Shown piece by piece: positions 1-14,538 of a stretch of 64,000 nt of DNA; positions within the stretch are counted from its first letter, which is position 1; the number at the start of each line of letters is the position of its first letter. The position numbers and the translations under genes are program-made. The DNA is from Mesotaenium endlicherianum (taxonomy: Eukaryota). The notes under the pieces were generated by a model that was given only the letters and a program-made list of their open reading frames with translations, ran no database searches and was not told where the DNA came from. The DNA lies in NCBI GenBank assembly GCA_009602735.1, contig WELA01003054.1:70408-134407 (forward strand), written 5' to 3'.

Positions 1-951
1 CCCCCGCCCCCCGCCCGCAACTTCTCCTCCTGCCTGCTGCCTCCCAGCGGTGATGAGCTCTCTCCAGCAACGCGGGGGGGAAAGGGAGCAATTGGGATTC
101 AAGGTGGGGGTGGCATTTGAGGCACAGCATCTCTCCCGCTGAGGTTTGAATATAGAAGTCCACGCTCTATGATGGGGGAAGGTAACGGATATCTCCGGGG
201 ACCCTTATGATGGTTGCTTTGCTCTGTGTGTGTGTATGTGTGTGTGTGTGTGTGCGTGTGTGTGTGTGCGCGCGCGCGTGTGTGCGTGTGTGTGCTGTCG
301 AGACGCTCTAGAGACAGGGTTCAGAGTGTGGGGTTTGACGGATGGGTATATAGCTATTTTTGTTTTTTTAATTCAGGTGTAGGGTAGGGGTCAGGCATTG
401 CAGCCCATGCTTGTGGGTCCAAGTTTAGAGTTTCGGGTCTGTACTTCCGCGCTGGCGTTGCCCCCACACGCTCAGCCCCGCAATTTTATTTGACTTCCGA
501 AATGCTCCGACCGTCAATTGCCCAGGCACCTGCAGCCGCTCAGCTTGCGCACCGACTGTCTGTGAAGCAACGTCAGGAGGAGGAGGAGGGAGCAGAGTCA
601 TCTCTTCCCCAAACTATGGAACCCTACCCTGCCCTGCCCTGCCCTACGCTGCCCTGCTCAGTCCTGCCCTAGCCTTGAAGCAACCCTAATTCTGCTTCGA
701 AAGCCCTAAGCCTGCCCCAAAACTCTAAGGCTGTCTTAAATTTTACGCCCGTGCCCTTGCCCTTCCTCGAACTCAGGCCGTGATTCCGACGAGATTACTA
801 CCCCTCCCCGCATCCCCCCCCCNCCCCCTCCCCCCCTTCTCCACCTTTGTTGCCCTTGTGGGACTGCAGCAGACGGGATTTTGGGCGCTTCATTTGCTAG
901 AGGCGTATAAAGTGCACGGGCGCAGAGCAGGCGCACGCACGCACGCGCGCA

Positions 952-1049
952 CGCCGCACTCTCTAGCTTGCACATGACAATGCACTGGCGCAGGCACGCG
1001 CGCCGCACTCTCTAGCTTGCACATGACAATGCACTGGCGCAGGCACGCG
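952..1049. repeat. Perfect 49-bp tandem duplication (2 copies)
   Basis: CGCCGCACTCTCTAGCTTGCACATGACAATGCACTGGCGCAGGCACGCG occurs at 952-1000 and 1001-1049. Confidence 0.9.
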
Positions 1050-1107
1050 CGCGCTCTTCCGCACATTATGCGCGGGCGCAGACATCAGGGCACATTCTGA
1101 CGCTTAC

Positions 1108-4011
1108 CTCACGCTCGCTGAACCTCAGTGGCACAGCACGCTTTTGAAGCTGCCAGGTGTCCTTCTGGGGGAGGGGGGGGTGAGGGCGCAGGCTGAACGA
1201 GGAGATGAGGGGCGTTGCTGAGCTGGCCGCCCAGCTGTATGTCCCTCTCTCCCCTTTGCCCTCCCTTTTCCCTTCCCTCCCTCTTCCCCTGGGCTGCCTC
1301 CTGCGCGTCACATCAGTCCGGTCAGTGCTGATGCCAACTCCCAAACGGGAATGTGCTCTGAGAAGGCGCCGTGGTGCGCGAGCCTCCGCACTTTCTTCTT
1401 GGTGGTACATAGTTTTAAGTAAACCACACCACCACTTCGATGCACCTCGAAACCTGTTCCAATCTGCCAGCAAACCCTCGGGCCCCAGAGTGGCTACCTT
1501 GCGCTGCGCCTACAGGCCGAACGCGGGAGAGATATGATCTTACTGTGATATGGGCCTCATCCCGAACATCCACCCCCTCGCTGTAAACCGCGTCACTTCA
1601 CACGTCAGGTTGCTCTCAGGAGGGTGGTGCGCCGCCACACTGAGCGCTGGAAGGCAGAGCCGGCTGCTTTTTGCTGCCTTCTCTGTGCTGTCTGCTGCAC
1701 CTGTTGTTCATCTGCTGCAGCCGCCAGGTGTCTGCTGACAATCGGCTGCTGCCTTCTGTCCTTTCCGTGCTGTTGTCAGCCTCAGCCTCTGCTTTTATTT
1801 CTCTAACCTCTGCAGACCCAAATGCGAAACTTGTCTGGGTTTCCCGCGGTGCTCTCCCCGCTGACCAATGATACGGGGGGCGTGAATGATGGCAGCAGGT
1901 CTTAGAGTGCAGAGCGCAAGCAGCTTACTGCTTGGCTTGCTTCCTTTCGGGTGCATGTCCCCGATCAGTGTCTCCGAGCAGCGGGCAGTGTCCCTGAGCA
2001 GTGTCTTCGAGCAGCAAGCAGTGTGCCTGAGCAGTGCACGTGTGATGTGATGTGTGCGCAGCAAGGCATTGCGGAAGACACTGGCGGACTATGAGGCCCA
2101 AGCAAACCGCTACCTGCCCCGGGGGTAGAGCAGAGCCTCATCTCAAGGAGGCACAAGTGATAAGTATGCACTTCTACGTGTAGGTCTAGGTGTGGGTGTA
2201 AGGTGAAGTGCAGGGTTAGCTTTCAGGGTAGGCTTGAATTAGCTTGAGATTGAGGTCGAGGGGTCGATGCGGATGTAAGTTGACTAAATTCTCACAATAA
2301 GCATGCGGGAATGCCCCGTAGCTTGTGCCGAGCCTTGGACTCAGCTCTGGAGCTCATGGCGTGGCCTCAAGAGGGCCGCAGCACTGACTCTATTTACTGT
2401 GTGCACATTTAATATGTGCAAGGGGGGGACCCAATGGACGCAGAGCATGCTTTGGACGGGGCCCTTGATGCCTGCATGGATAGTTCTTTCCATGCTAGCA
2501 CAGTGCTGGCCAGCAGCGTGCAGAAAATGTCCCAGCATAGTGGCCTAACAACCATGGAGGGTGGTTTCTGAATCTGAATTACATCCATAGTGCAGCATAT
2601 CTACCTGTTAGCGACACTCCTTCATAGTGCACTCTGAGCTTGTACCATTGGGGCTGGATCTAAGGAAGCTTCCCAGATCTAAAAATAGCAAATTTGGTGG
2701 TCGTGCTGTATGTGTAGTCAATTTTGTTGGCTTGTAAAAACTCCTCCCTGGCACAGCAGCACCAGTACAAAAAAATCAGGGCTCTACCCAGCGCCAAAAT
2801 AATGCTTTCCAGCCGCTTCATTCCACCATGCTTCCAAGCTCCCTCTGCTCTTTGCAGATGAACTGGCTGGCATCTGGTTACAGGCTAGTGGCCTTCATTC
2901 CTCTAGCTCCTTTGCTCTCTCGCAGCAACTCCACAACTGCCCCCTACACTAACACGTGAGCTTGTCTGTCATTTTCCGCACCACAACCTTCAACGCGAGT
3001 AACAGATTTGAGCCCTGTTTGTGCAAACTAGTGAAAATATATTTAGTAGGTCCAGCCTTACTACCACCACGAGAGATAGTTCACGTGCCTCGGCACGCAC
3101 TAACCAATCCCGACATTCTCACAGAGAGACATACTGGTAGCGCCCCCATGATACCAGGGAAAATCTCTTTACAGCGCGCAAAAATTTGAAATGGTGCCAC
3201 CAGATGGAGCATCCAAAGAGTCCTATACTTTGATTGCTCCGCAGCCTGCAGGAGGCCCAATCAGCCGGACAGGCAGACAGCCAGACATGCAGACAGGCAG
3301 GCTGACAGGCCCAATCAGCCGGACTGGCAGAGCAAGCAGGCTGAAAGAGGAGCTTACAAGAGTGCGCGCATCCTCTCTGGCTCTGTCGACTCGCACTCGA
3401 TCTCATACTGCACGCCAAACTCGAACTGGCGAGCACGCAGTGACGGGCCAGCCAAGCAACCAGCCCACCCCCAGCGCAGCCAGGGAAAAACAAGAGCACC
3501 GTCTGACTCCACCTTCGGTATGATTGCGTTCACAGGACCAGCGTCAACGCTACCTGCAACTAACAGTTGAGCGAAGATCGATGACGTGTCCCGTCTATGA
3601 TCAGATGCCGTATGAAGACTGCTGGCAGAATATGCTGTGAGCATGAGAAGAGCGCTGGGACGGTCAAAGCTAAGGACCCCCCACCCCCCCCAAGAGCCAC
3701 CTCCCTTTGCCATTCCCGCCCTCCAAGGGGGGGGGGGGGGGAGCCGAGCGAGCCCCGACCTGCATGTCGGTGCCGTCGTAGTCGGAGGAGTCCTGCGAGC
3801 GCTTGACGTACTGCCCCTTGACGAACGTGCGGCGCTCCTCCGCGACCTCAATGTCCGCCTCCAGGCCCGACTTGGGCAGCAGCCCCGGCTCGCGCGTGTA
3901 CGCCGGCGGGCTGCTGCGCTCAAGCAGCCCCTCGTCCTCGCCGAACTCGGGGGCGTCGTAAAACGCCGACGGCATGCGCCCCAGCGCCCGCCGCCCGCCG
4001 CCGCCGCCGCC
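1108..4011 (-). CDS. Fragment of an unidentified spliced gene (candidate exons about 4011-3760, 2678-2646, 1164-1108)
   Basis: A GC3-rich frame (..AFYDAPEFGEDEGLLE..DYDGTDMQ) ends at a CAG|GT donor at 3760. Candidate exons IWEASLDPAPM and KDTWQLQKRAVPLRFSERE are bounded by AG and GT(AAG). The 5' side runs into an N gap. No family recognised. Confidence 0.35.
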
Positions 4012-7000
4012 NNNNNNNNNNNNNNNNNNNNNNNNNNNNNNNNNNNNNNNNNNNNNNNNNNNNNNNNNNNNNNNNNNNNNNNNNNGGGGGGGGGGGGGGA
4101 GGGGGGGAGGCGCAAGCTGGAAGTGTGGGTGCTGACATGAATCAACATAAAGATCAAAGCCTGGGGTGCAGCCACGACAAGGTTGCGTTTGATGTATGTT
4201 GCATTAGCAGGCCAGCATGAAGAATGCCACTTAACACGATAGAATAAGAGCTTTATCATGACGGGCCACTTGAATTGAGGAATGAAGTGTCCTACAAATT
4301 ACGGCCTTCCAACCTGCGCTGAACGCGGGCTTGCCCAGTCAGGGCCCACAAGGGACAGGGCCCACAAGGGACATGCTGGTGGCTGGCCAGCCTGCAGAGG
4401 GCAGCCACAAAGAAAGAGCTGAAAAGTAGCACAAGGATGCGGACGGAGGATGAGACGGAGGAGATGGAGGACTGGGAGGAGGGGGAGGAGGACCTGTGTC
4501 TCGTCAAGCTCCAGTTTATGGCCTTCCCACGCATGCACCATGCGGATGTTGCGGAAACCACCGAGGCAGACAAAATCTTTGCAGCCATACCTCGCCTCCT
4601 GTCATGTGGGTGGGAAACAAGAGGGAGTTGCAAGTTGGCTCTGAATACGGGTCATTGAACAGGCTCAGTACAAAGGACCAGCTTCAGCACCAGTTGAGTA
4701 GAGAGGAGAAAAATGTCGGCAGCATTGATAGGATGCTACCATTTATAGACTGCTCAGCTTGTGTAGATGAGATATGTTGATGAAAAGGCGAGAACGAGCC
4801 ACCCCACCATCCAACCAGCCTCCACTGCGGTCGTGGCCAGCCTCTGCTTTGGTTGTGAACTACAGACTGCAAGCACAATGAGGCCAGACTAAGAGCTAAG
4901 ATGTCTGGCGTAGATCGATCCATTCAGTCCCCCCTCCCCCCAAAACAAGATTGAAGACACGTATAGATAGAGGCCACTGCATGCAGCAGGGGCATTCCCA
5001 CCATCCATTGCCTTGAACCTTTTAGAGTCTCCATTGAGATGCCCCCGTCAATTTTCGACGCAGCTCACGAGGGAGGTCTTCTTTGAATAGTGGCGTACCA
5101 GAGCCAAGGGGAGAGAATGTGGGTTGAGGAGTTTGTATAGTGATATTGGAAATAACTAGTGCCTCTAGTGGCTACAGCCTTGGGGGATAAGACGAAATCA
5201 GCGTTGATGTATGGGAAAATAAAGTAACCCGGGAGAGCCAGAAACTAGGATGAAGCAGAGCAAGGGATGCAAATGAAACACAGAAGGATCGATAGGCAAG
5301 GGAGCTAAGCCTGAGCAGCTGACTTCTGCAGTTGAGATAGAACACAGAGAGAGTACCAGGCTATTGAGCAGGGGGCTGTCAACGGAGGCTAGCTTAGAGG
5401 GGTTCAGAATGCAGGCTCGACCAATTGCAGGATCAATCTCTTCCTCCTCCTGTTTTCACGACAAGTGACACAAGAACATTGTCAAGGTCTGCTCTGAGCC
5501 AGCTTCAGCTTTTATATCCCAGGGAGTGGCACTGTATCACGCCTGCACAGCAAAACTGGTCAGGTCTTGACTAGGGAGTCCAGAGGAGCAAGCCCATGCT
5601 TCAGTTTGACAGCTGAAGCTTATTTCACCGCAAGCACACATGCACCTGAAGCCCTGGTGGCTGTTAAGTCGGGGCAGGTCTGCGAGCTGTCTGTGCGTCT
5701 GATATACAAGTAAAATGCCAGCCAGTTGCAAGAGGTAAGACATGCAGCACCAACTGCCTATCTCAGGACAAAGCTGGTCAGTCTCCAAGAGACGAAGACG
5801 CAAGAACTCCTAGAGGAAGAAATTCCCTGGTCTGCTCTGCTCTGCTTATGAGTCTTGCAGTTTGAGTCTTTGCTGACATGAACAGAATTGTATCAAGTTC
5901 TTAATATATGTTTTTATTGCATGACCCCTTTCTAGTTTGTGGTTAAAGTCCAACATTCAGTTTTCATGTTAATAAATATTATTTATTGGCGACATTAACT
6001 AAACACCCATGCAGATTATGGGAGGACTACTACCTCTGTCGAACGGCCAATTCCGTCCGCCATGACTGATTTTCCCTTGAGTGTCACTACACAGCGAGCA
6101 TCTTCATCATAAAAGCGCAGCCGCAAAACAACCCTTTTGGAGCTTCTGTTGTTGAACACACGAGCGAGAGATAGGACTTAACGTCCATCTTCGGAGAAGA
6201 AGATGTATAGGAGACCAAAAGTTCGGTCACCTAATAAACATGACAACGGCTCCTGTAGGCAGCCACATTGCGCTAGAGCACGCAACTATACGTGCAAGAC
6301 TAGTCGGATTCATTTCAGACCAAGTGTGCTTTATCAGAGTGTGCTCTACAACTATGCTCAATATGTTTACGAAACGGAATGGGCAGCAGGAAACGATGCA
6401 CATGCCTGATACTGTTTCTTTGAAAAGGAATTGGTTTAACAAGATAATCACTCACAATTCTTGTCCTGTTCCATCAAAGAACACATTCTGTTGCATGTAC
6501 GTAGCTTCATGGTGCCCTGTCAACAGTTCAGCTACTCGACCGTGCTGCACAGCATCTGCAAGCTTGAGCTTTACTTCCACCTCCATCTGTACCTGGCAGC
6601 CTGCTAGCTGTGAGCTACAAGTGCTCTATAAATACGAAAGAAAATACAACATGCCATCCTAGCTGAGACAAACTATGCAAGCAGTGTGAAGCAGCAGCAC
6701 AGTTGACTGGAAACGACGTTTCAACGTTTCATTTGAGTCGTCGCGCGCTGTCACCCAATGTGTTCCTTTTTGGCGCCAACATGCGGCAACATTGGTTACC
6801 GGAAGAATTACTGCCTCGCTATGAAGGGTGTGCTGCGACCAGGCTGCGACCTCACCGGATTTGACCAGCGAGCTTTGGTGGGACTGCAGAGCTGGTAGTG
6901 AACATCTTGCGCCTGGCAGCGCCGGGTGTCCATTGTGAGTAAGCTAATGCCGGAACACAGATGATGAATGCAATCATATAGCAGACCTGTTATACTCCTG

Positions 7001-7544
7001 GACGAGTTCTGAAGGGACTGCAGAAATTTGGAGAGGGCTAATATCGCAGCAGAAGATCAGAGGTTCCTTTCTATCTGATCCTTTGCGCTCTCTTCCTCGC
7101 TCTCCGAAGCTGGGGCATTGCTGAGTGATCTATGTTCTTCCGCTCAAGATTATTATCCTTATTCTAGGTAATCCACGTGTATGAAGCCTCAGAGGATCGC
7201 GAAGTGAAGTATATTGTTGCTGAACTGGGATATAGGCCATTCCGATCATGTAATTTCCTTCAAGGATTTGATCACACTGAACTGTTTTAGTCTGTCTCAG
7301 GCAGCTCCGAATATCTGGCACTAAGACGTAGCAGATCTTGCGGACGTTTTTTGTGTGAAAAAGAACGCCCTTTTAAGTACGCCATTTTGGCTGCTGCAAC
7401 ATTTGACACGGAATCTGGTCTTTGTTGCTGCAGAGGTCTCCGATCGTATATTGCCAGCCATGCTTATGTGATTTACTTCTGCACTATGAGATAGCCCAGG
7501 AACGGGAGATAAGTTATTGCAGAAAGTGTCAGAAGCTTCCTGCT

Positions 7545-10500
7545 ATGACTCTTACTTGGCCAAAGCGTGGGTCTGGTTTTATGGGAACGTCCATCCCTGA
7601 AGATGATATTGAAGAATCTGAGAGCCCAAATGTCGCCATAAAAGCGTCCAGGATCCTAGGCCCGGTACAGCTGAATGATGACATGGTGACGAAAGGGAGG
7701 CATGCCAATAATAGCATCAATGGAACAGCATCAAAGCAGGAGCTCCCGAGGCCTTCTCTGGAATCGTTTGCATACAATTCTAAGAAACGAACTGCTCAAG
7801 AGCTGACGAACGCCTCAGATGCCGAACTTACATCGCAGCTGAAGCTGCAGAACCTCAGAGCCGGAACTGAGAGGCCAAGCACTTCTAACAGGCCAATTGA
7901 GTTGGCCGATGACGACGATAGGAGTTTAGAGATTGTTCCCAAAGTGAGTAGTGTAAACAGTAGTGCAGATAACCAGAAACCAAAGCGCAGGCGGCTTGTG
8001 AAGAAGGACCTTCTTGTCCGAGGGGGAGAAGGCGGTGAACTAGACACTGTTATTTCGACCAAAAGGACCCTTGAGGAGGGTGACACAAACGACTATGATG
8101 CAACTTTACTTGGAGAGGGAGGTACCAGCGGTCAAACAAATGGCTCTGACGGGCCGCGCGGCAGGGGCCAGAATGGCCAGTCAGTAGAGGGATATGGCAA
8201 GGGGCATAGAAAAGGGAGAGTCATTGAGCTAGACGATTTCGAGAGCGAGGAGGAGGACGGTGAAGGGACCACCAACGAAGACAACCCTGTTTTCGCGGCA
8301 CTTAAGAGGTGCGAGAAGGTAGCGGCCGCCCTCAAGAAAGAGCTGCATGCTGCTGCAAGCTCAGGCGCCAGGGAAACTTCCTCCTCAGGGAGCCAACTAG
8401 TCGAGGAGACTGACAGCTCCAGGTCTAAGCTGGTGTCTCAGGTAGAGCCCCTCCCCTGTTGGGCTCCTGGGTCGCTCGTGGAACTTTAGGCTCGTGGAAG
8501 TTGGTGGGCTCATTTGAGTAGTGCTCCATACTTGAGCCTCTCAGCATTCTGATCATCGTTCCCAGCCACCAGACCAGCACTGGAGTCACCAGCACTCGGT
8601 TCGCTCATGAGAGTAGGTGGCCTCACGGGAGTCGGTGGGCTCATGGGGGTGGTGCTCCAGAAGCGCAGCCTGTCAGCATTCTCGTCACAAACTCCTGTGC
8701 CCTCCTGTACCCCCAGCACTAGCGTCACCAACGCTTGGTTCGCAGGGTTTGCAATGGGAGGCATGATGTGATTGGTGTCACCCACCTGGAGAGGGATGTG
8801 TGTGCGCATGTGCCTGCAGGATGTCTGCACACGTGGCAGTAAATCAGCACCACTGCTCTTCAGCACTCCTGCTTGTCACCACCAAGTGTGGCTTGGTTGT
8901 GCTATCTTTTCATGTTTGCATGTGGCACGAGCGAGAAAGAAGCAGACGAAGCCAGAATGTTCTCATATCCCTTAGAGAGAGGCGGCCCTGCACTGCTGCA
9001 GATGCTGATGCAGATGCACCTGTGGCTGGGAGATAGCTGACAGCGGCGCGGTGGCTGCGTCCATCTTTCTGCAGGCAGATGTCGCCGAGGCATGCGGAAA
9101 TGGCGACATGATGCTGAAGCCGTACCAGCTTGTTGGTGTGAACTTCCTGCTGCTCCTTCATCGCCGAGGCGTTGGCGGAGGTACGCCCGCCGGCCCTACG
9201 CTGCAGCTTCGGCATGAGCTCTGGGAAGGAGGTCAAACCTCTCAAACAGGTTGCATATAATCGGTGAAGGCGATGAAACCTTTCCAAATTGTATTCCGGA
9301 GGCAGAACCGAAGCAGCACACATCAACGTTGTGAGAAGAGGTGTTGGCGAGGTGTCGGCTGATAGGTGACGCGGGAAGAGAGGGGCAAAGATGATGGGGC
9401 TGGGTTGGTCGCCTGTGTGACGTGAGGGGGCAGACATGGCTCCCTGGGAGACTCGTGGAGGTACTGGCTGTGCCGTGTAGAGCCTGGCTCGCTTGTCAGC
9501 TCTGTGGCAGTTGATCACTTATCGGTATGTAGAGAAATATTACATGTATATGTACCCGTATATATATTATATATAGGTATATATGTATATATGCATATAT
9601 AAATGTTTATATGTGCTCACTGTACGTCTTGTCTATGGTATTTGTGCAGCCATCCTCGCGGACGAGATGGGACTCGGGAAAACAGCGCAGGTGCGGGCTC
9701 TGCAGATGATTCCGTGTCCTCCTTGCCCCACCCCACCCTGCCTCTGCTCTTGTCTGCCAGCCTAAGCGGGATGCGCCACCTAGTGAGGAGAGAAGCAGAA
9801 CACCCTCTTGCAGGTGCTGCTGAGTCAGTCGAGTCAGGTCTGGGGCAGGTTGGTGCAGCCACTTATAAGAAATGAACATGCAGGGGAAAGGATTGGCTCC
9901 TCCTGTGTGAATGAAGAAGCTTCTTCTCAAGGCATCGCGCGCAGCTGGTCTGGCAGGGCCAGCACCTGGTCTCAGCTCAGCCAGCTGGCGCACGAACGTG
10001 GTCTCCGTGTTGGGGAGCACCTGTTGCCCGACCTGTCATGTATGTGGGAATGTGCATCCCCTGCCATGCGGAGGTGTATCACTTGTGATGGGAAACGTAC
10101 TTTCACATGAGCATGCATGGTTGGTGCATGCATGGTTGGTGTGAAAGGTCGAACAGAGGCGGTGTGCCTGCAGGCAGCAGGCAGCCTGGACCGTTCCTCT
10201 TCTTCTCCTCCCTTAGCGCCTCTCCTTGTTCTTGGAGGGCCTCAGCACTCCGACTTCCTCCGCTGCCTTTTTTGTTTACTTCTTCTTTTACTTCCCCCTC
10301 GCCCCCCCGCCCCCCGCNNNNNNNNNNNNNNNNNNNNNNNNNNNNNNNNNNNNNNNNNNNNNNNNNNNNNNNNNNNNNNNNNNNNNNNNNNNNNNNNNNN
10401 NNNNNNNNNNNNNNNNNNNNNNNNNNNNNNNNNNNNNNNNNNNNNNNNNNNNNNNNNNNNNNNNNNNNNNNNNNNNNNNNNNNNNNNNNNNNNNNNNNNN

Positions 10501-13500
10501 NNNNNNNNNNNNNNNNNNNNNNNNNNNNNNNNNNNNNNNNNNNNNNNNNNNNNNNNNNNNNNNNNNNNNNNNNNNNNNNNNNNNNNNNNNNNNNNNNNNN
10601 NNNNNNNNNNNNNNNNNNNNNNNNNNNNNNNNNNNNNNNNNNNNNNNNNNNNNNNNNNNNNNNNNNNNNNNNNNNNNNNNNNNNNNNNNNNNNNNNNNNN
10701 NNNNNNNNNNNNNNNNNNNNNNNNNNNNNNNNNNNNNNNNNNNNNNNNNNNNNNNNNNNNNNNNNNNNNNNNNNNNNNNNNNNNNNNNNNNNNNNNNNNN
10801 NNNNNNNNNNNNNNNNNNNNNNNNNNNNNNNNNNNNNNNNNNNNNNNNNNNNNNNNNNNNNNNNNNNNNNNNNNNNNNNCGCCCCCCCGCCCCCCGCCCC
10901 CCGCCCTCTGCCCCCGGTCCCCGGATTCTAGACCTGGCTTGGGCATGCTGAGGGTTCGGGGCTTTGGGCTTAGCACCAGAGTAAAAGCTGCAGTAGTAGG
11001 ACGTGCCAGATGAGACGCGCGCGGTCGCTCATGAAGGGGTTGCGCATGTCACGCTCTCCACTCACTGGCGCATGCCCTCCGTTCCCTGTTGCCTGCGGCG
11101 CTGATGCTTGGCTCGGCCATCGATCCTTCCATTCAATCCATTCGATCCATCCTTTTAGCCATTCAGGTCGTGCAACTGCCCGTCACCTGGCAGGCGATAG
11201 CCTTCCTGGCGACGCTGGCGCACCTGGACGACAACCAGGGCCCGCACCTGGTGGTGGTCCCCGCCTCGCTGCTCGACAACTGGCGCCGCGAGCTCCAGCT
11301 GTGGTGCCCCGCGTTCGACGTGGTCCTCTACCACGGCAACGAGCGCGCGCAGGTGCGCAAGGGCCTGGAGGACGCCGCCCGGCGCCACCACGGGGCAGCC
11401 CCCTTCAACGTGCTCCTCACCACCTACTCCTTCTTCGAGCGCGACAGGTCAGCCCGCTCGCCTGCCAGCTCTCCCCTCTGCCCCCACTGCGCCTTCCGCC
11501 GCCCCCTCCTCCACTGACCCCCTCCTCCGCTGCCCCACTCCCTCTGCCTTCTCTGCCGCACTGCATTGATTGCATCCGTCCGTCCGTCCATCCGTCCGTC
11601 CGTCCATCGGTCCGTCCATCCATTCGTCCGTCCATCCATTCGTCCGTCCATCCATCCATCCATCCCTCCGTACTTGCATCTAGTGCCTCATGCACCCCTT
11701 TGCTCGTTCGCTGTTTGGCTACACAAGTCACTGAATGGGAAACAGGGCTCCTCGTACGTTTTCCGAGTTCAGCAGCAGCGGAAGGCCGGGGCCGCAATCC
11801 ACTATGACCTGGTCTGGTTTGGAGGGGTCCGAGTACAGCAGGCCGGGCATGGGAGAGTGGGAAGTGCCGGTGGGGGCTGTCAGTCCAGTCTCAACTGGTC
11901 TGCTGGAGGGGCATGGAGTGCGAGTGCAACAGGTGCATTGTGGGGGCTGGGTGGAAGGTGTGACCCCGGGGGNGAGGGTGCGGCGCAGTTTGATCTCATC
12001 TCGCATCTGATCTGGTCTGGCGTGGGGCACGGTGCGGGTGTGGGTGCGGGTGCGGGTGCAAGTGCGAGCGCAGCCTGACGCAGAAGGCGGACCGCGCGTT
12101 CCTCAAGGCGTGGGACTTCTCGTGCGTGCTGATGGACGAGGCGCACCTGCTCAAGGACCGCAACAGCAGCCGCGTGCGCCGCCTGCGCGCCGTGGCCAGC
12201 GGCGCGCGCCACCGCATCATGCTCACCGGCACGCCCCTCCAGAACGACCTCCAGGTGCTGCCGCTGCTGCTGCTGCCCCCACTGCTGCTGTTACTGCTGC
12301 TGTTACTGCTGCTGCTGCTGCTGCCCCTGCCTGATCACCTGCCCGCCTGACCGTCTGCCGGCTCGCCTGCTGGCTTGCCGCCCGCTCCCGTCTGTCGCCT
12401 TGAGCCCCGCTTGCCGTGACGCCCGCCAACTTGCCTGCCCGCTTGCCCGCCTGGCCATCATTGCCACCCGCCTCTGCCTCCGTCCGTTGCGTCGGCACAC
12501 CACAGAGCATGCGACAGCGTTGGGAGGAGAAGAGCAAGGCCGGGGTGGTGTCGGGCTTTAAGGGCTCTGCACTGCAGTGGGCTGCTGCTGCTCTAGCAAT
12601 GAGCGCTCGCGACGTGCTGTCGCAAGGAGCTCTCGTGCCAGAGGCCTGCACATGTGCTTGTGTTTGGTGTACCAGATGGTGTTCACCACACGCAGTGCTA
12701 GGAGTGCACCCGATGGGCTATTTTCTACACAATACCTGTCCGCGCGCGCGTGTGTGTGTGTGTGTGCGTGTGTGTGTGTGTGCGTGTGTGTGTGTGTGCC
12801 TCAGTGTATGCTGCTGTATTGTGTGTTTGAAATAAGAGAAGGAGAACTGGCTTAGTGCTTAGTACTTAGTGTTGGTGTTGGCCCCTTTGCACTGGGTGTG
12901 CTTCTCTAGTGTTGGAGTAATTCAAAGAGAAGTCGGTCGACCAGCTTGCGTCGTCTTCTTGTTCTTCGGCTCCCCCCGCTCACCCTCCTTCTATTCAGGG
13001 GCGCAAATTGCATGCCCACCCCTTCGTGCATTCAGAACAGCAAGCACTGCCGCGCCCCCCCCCGTTTCTCCCTCTCTCCCCTCTCCTCTCTCACGCGCCC
13101 CCCCCTTGTTTCGCCCCACCCCTTTCCCCGTCCCTCCTCTTCCCCCCCTCTCCCTCCTGCCGCCACCCGAGCGCAGGAGCTCTGGTCCCTGCTGGAGTTC
13201 CTGATGCCCGACATCTTCGCGTCCAGCAAGGAGGACGTCGGCAGCTTCCTGCGTGAGGGCATGGCCGCCGGCGCCGGAGCAGCAGGAGGAGGAGAAGGCG
13301 GGGGCGACCTGATCGCCAGGATCAAGGGCATCATGGGCCCCTTTGTGCTGCGGCGCGTGAAGGCCGACGTGATGCAGCAGCTCGTCCCCAAGGCTCAGCG
13401 GGTGGGCCCCCTTCCTCCCAGCACCTTCCCTCCACCCTCCCTCCTCGCCTGGCCTTCCCCCCCGTTCTCTTCTCTCGCCCCCTCTCTTCTCTTGCCCCTT

Positions 13501-14312
13501 CTCCTCTCGCCTCCCTCGCCTTCGCCCCTCTTGTATTACTTGAGTCCATGGGCCCCGGGCTCGTCCACTTGGACGCGCTCTCATTTGAAATGGCATTAAC
13601 GCTTGTTGAGGTGTGTGTGCTTTTGAGTATTTTGTGTCCTCAAGCGTGCTGCTCTCTGTGTCTGCCTACTTTCTGGAAGGAAGAGCCTCTGCAAGTGTAT
13701 GTGTGTTCCTGTATATGCATGGGTGTGTCTGGCTAGGTGTATGTACCGGTATCTGGCCTTTCTCCTCACATGTGTGCTTGCGTGCGCACGCGCGCACACA
13801 CACACACACATGCATTTGACACCCCCCCCCCACCCCCCCCTCCCCCTTCCCAACCCNATGCCCACCTTCCCGCCCCTGGTCATGTACTGACCCCGTCGTG
13901 TCGTTATCCCGAGGAGGCAGGTGCGGCTGCTGGAGATGGAGGGGGACCAGGCGCGCGCGTACAAGGAGGCCGTGGAGAAGTACCGCCGCACGGTGGAGGC
14001 CCGCTCGCAGGCGAAGGCCGACAAGGACGGCGACGCCGCCGGCAGCGGCGCCAACCTCGCGGACCTGCTGCCGCGCCGGCAAGTCGCCAACATCTTTGTG
14101 CACCTGAGAAAGGTGAGGGGAGCTCCGCCGCTGGAGGAGAGCAGCAGGGGAAGAGCCTGGTCTTGCAGCAAGCAGAAGGGCCTCTCCCTCTCTCCCTCTC
14201 CCTCTCTTCCTCTCTGCCGCCTGCTGTACCTGCTGTGCTTGGCTGGCTGGAAAGCGGGCGGTAGCCACTGGCATTGTCGGAGCACCACAGCAGGGGCACG
14301 AAGCTGATAGGC

Positions 14313-14371
<59 letters not shown>

Positions 14372-14503
14372 CGTATGCGAGGAGCCTGCGTGCTTTTTGT
14401 GCCTGGGAGGGGGGAAGGGAGGGAGAGAGGGAGCGCTGATGTTTTTTCTGGCACAATGCAGAACGTTCCTCTTCAATACCACCAACAACACCACCACCGC
14501 CAC

Positions 14504-14538
<35 letters not shown>

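Noticed and set aside
360..735. Telomere-like AGGGT/CCCTAA motifs
   Set aside because: Scattered and degenerate, with no tandem TTTAGGG array.
10107..11013. Long ORFs in the track (also 22880-23807 and 3354-4259)
   Set aside because: They are artefacts of N runs.
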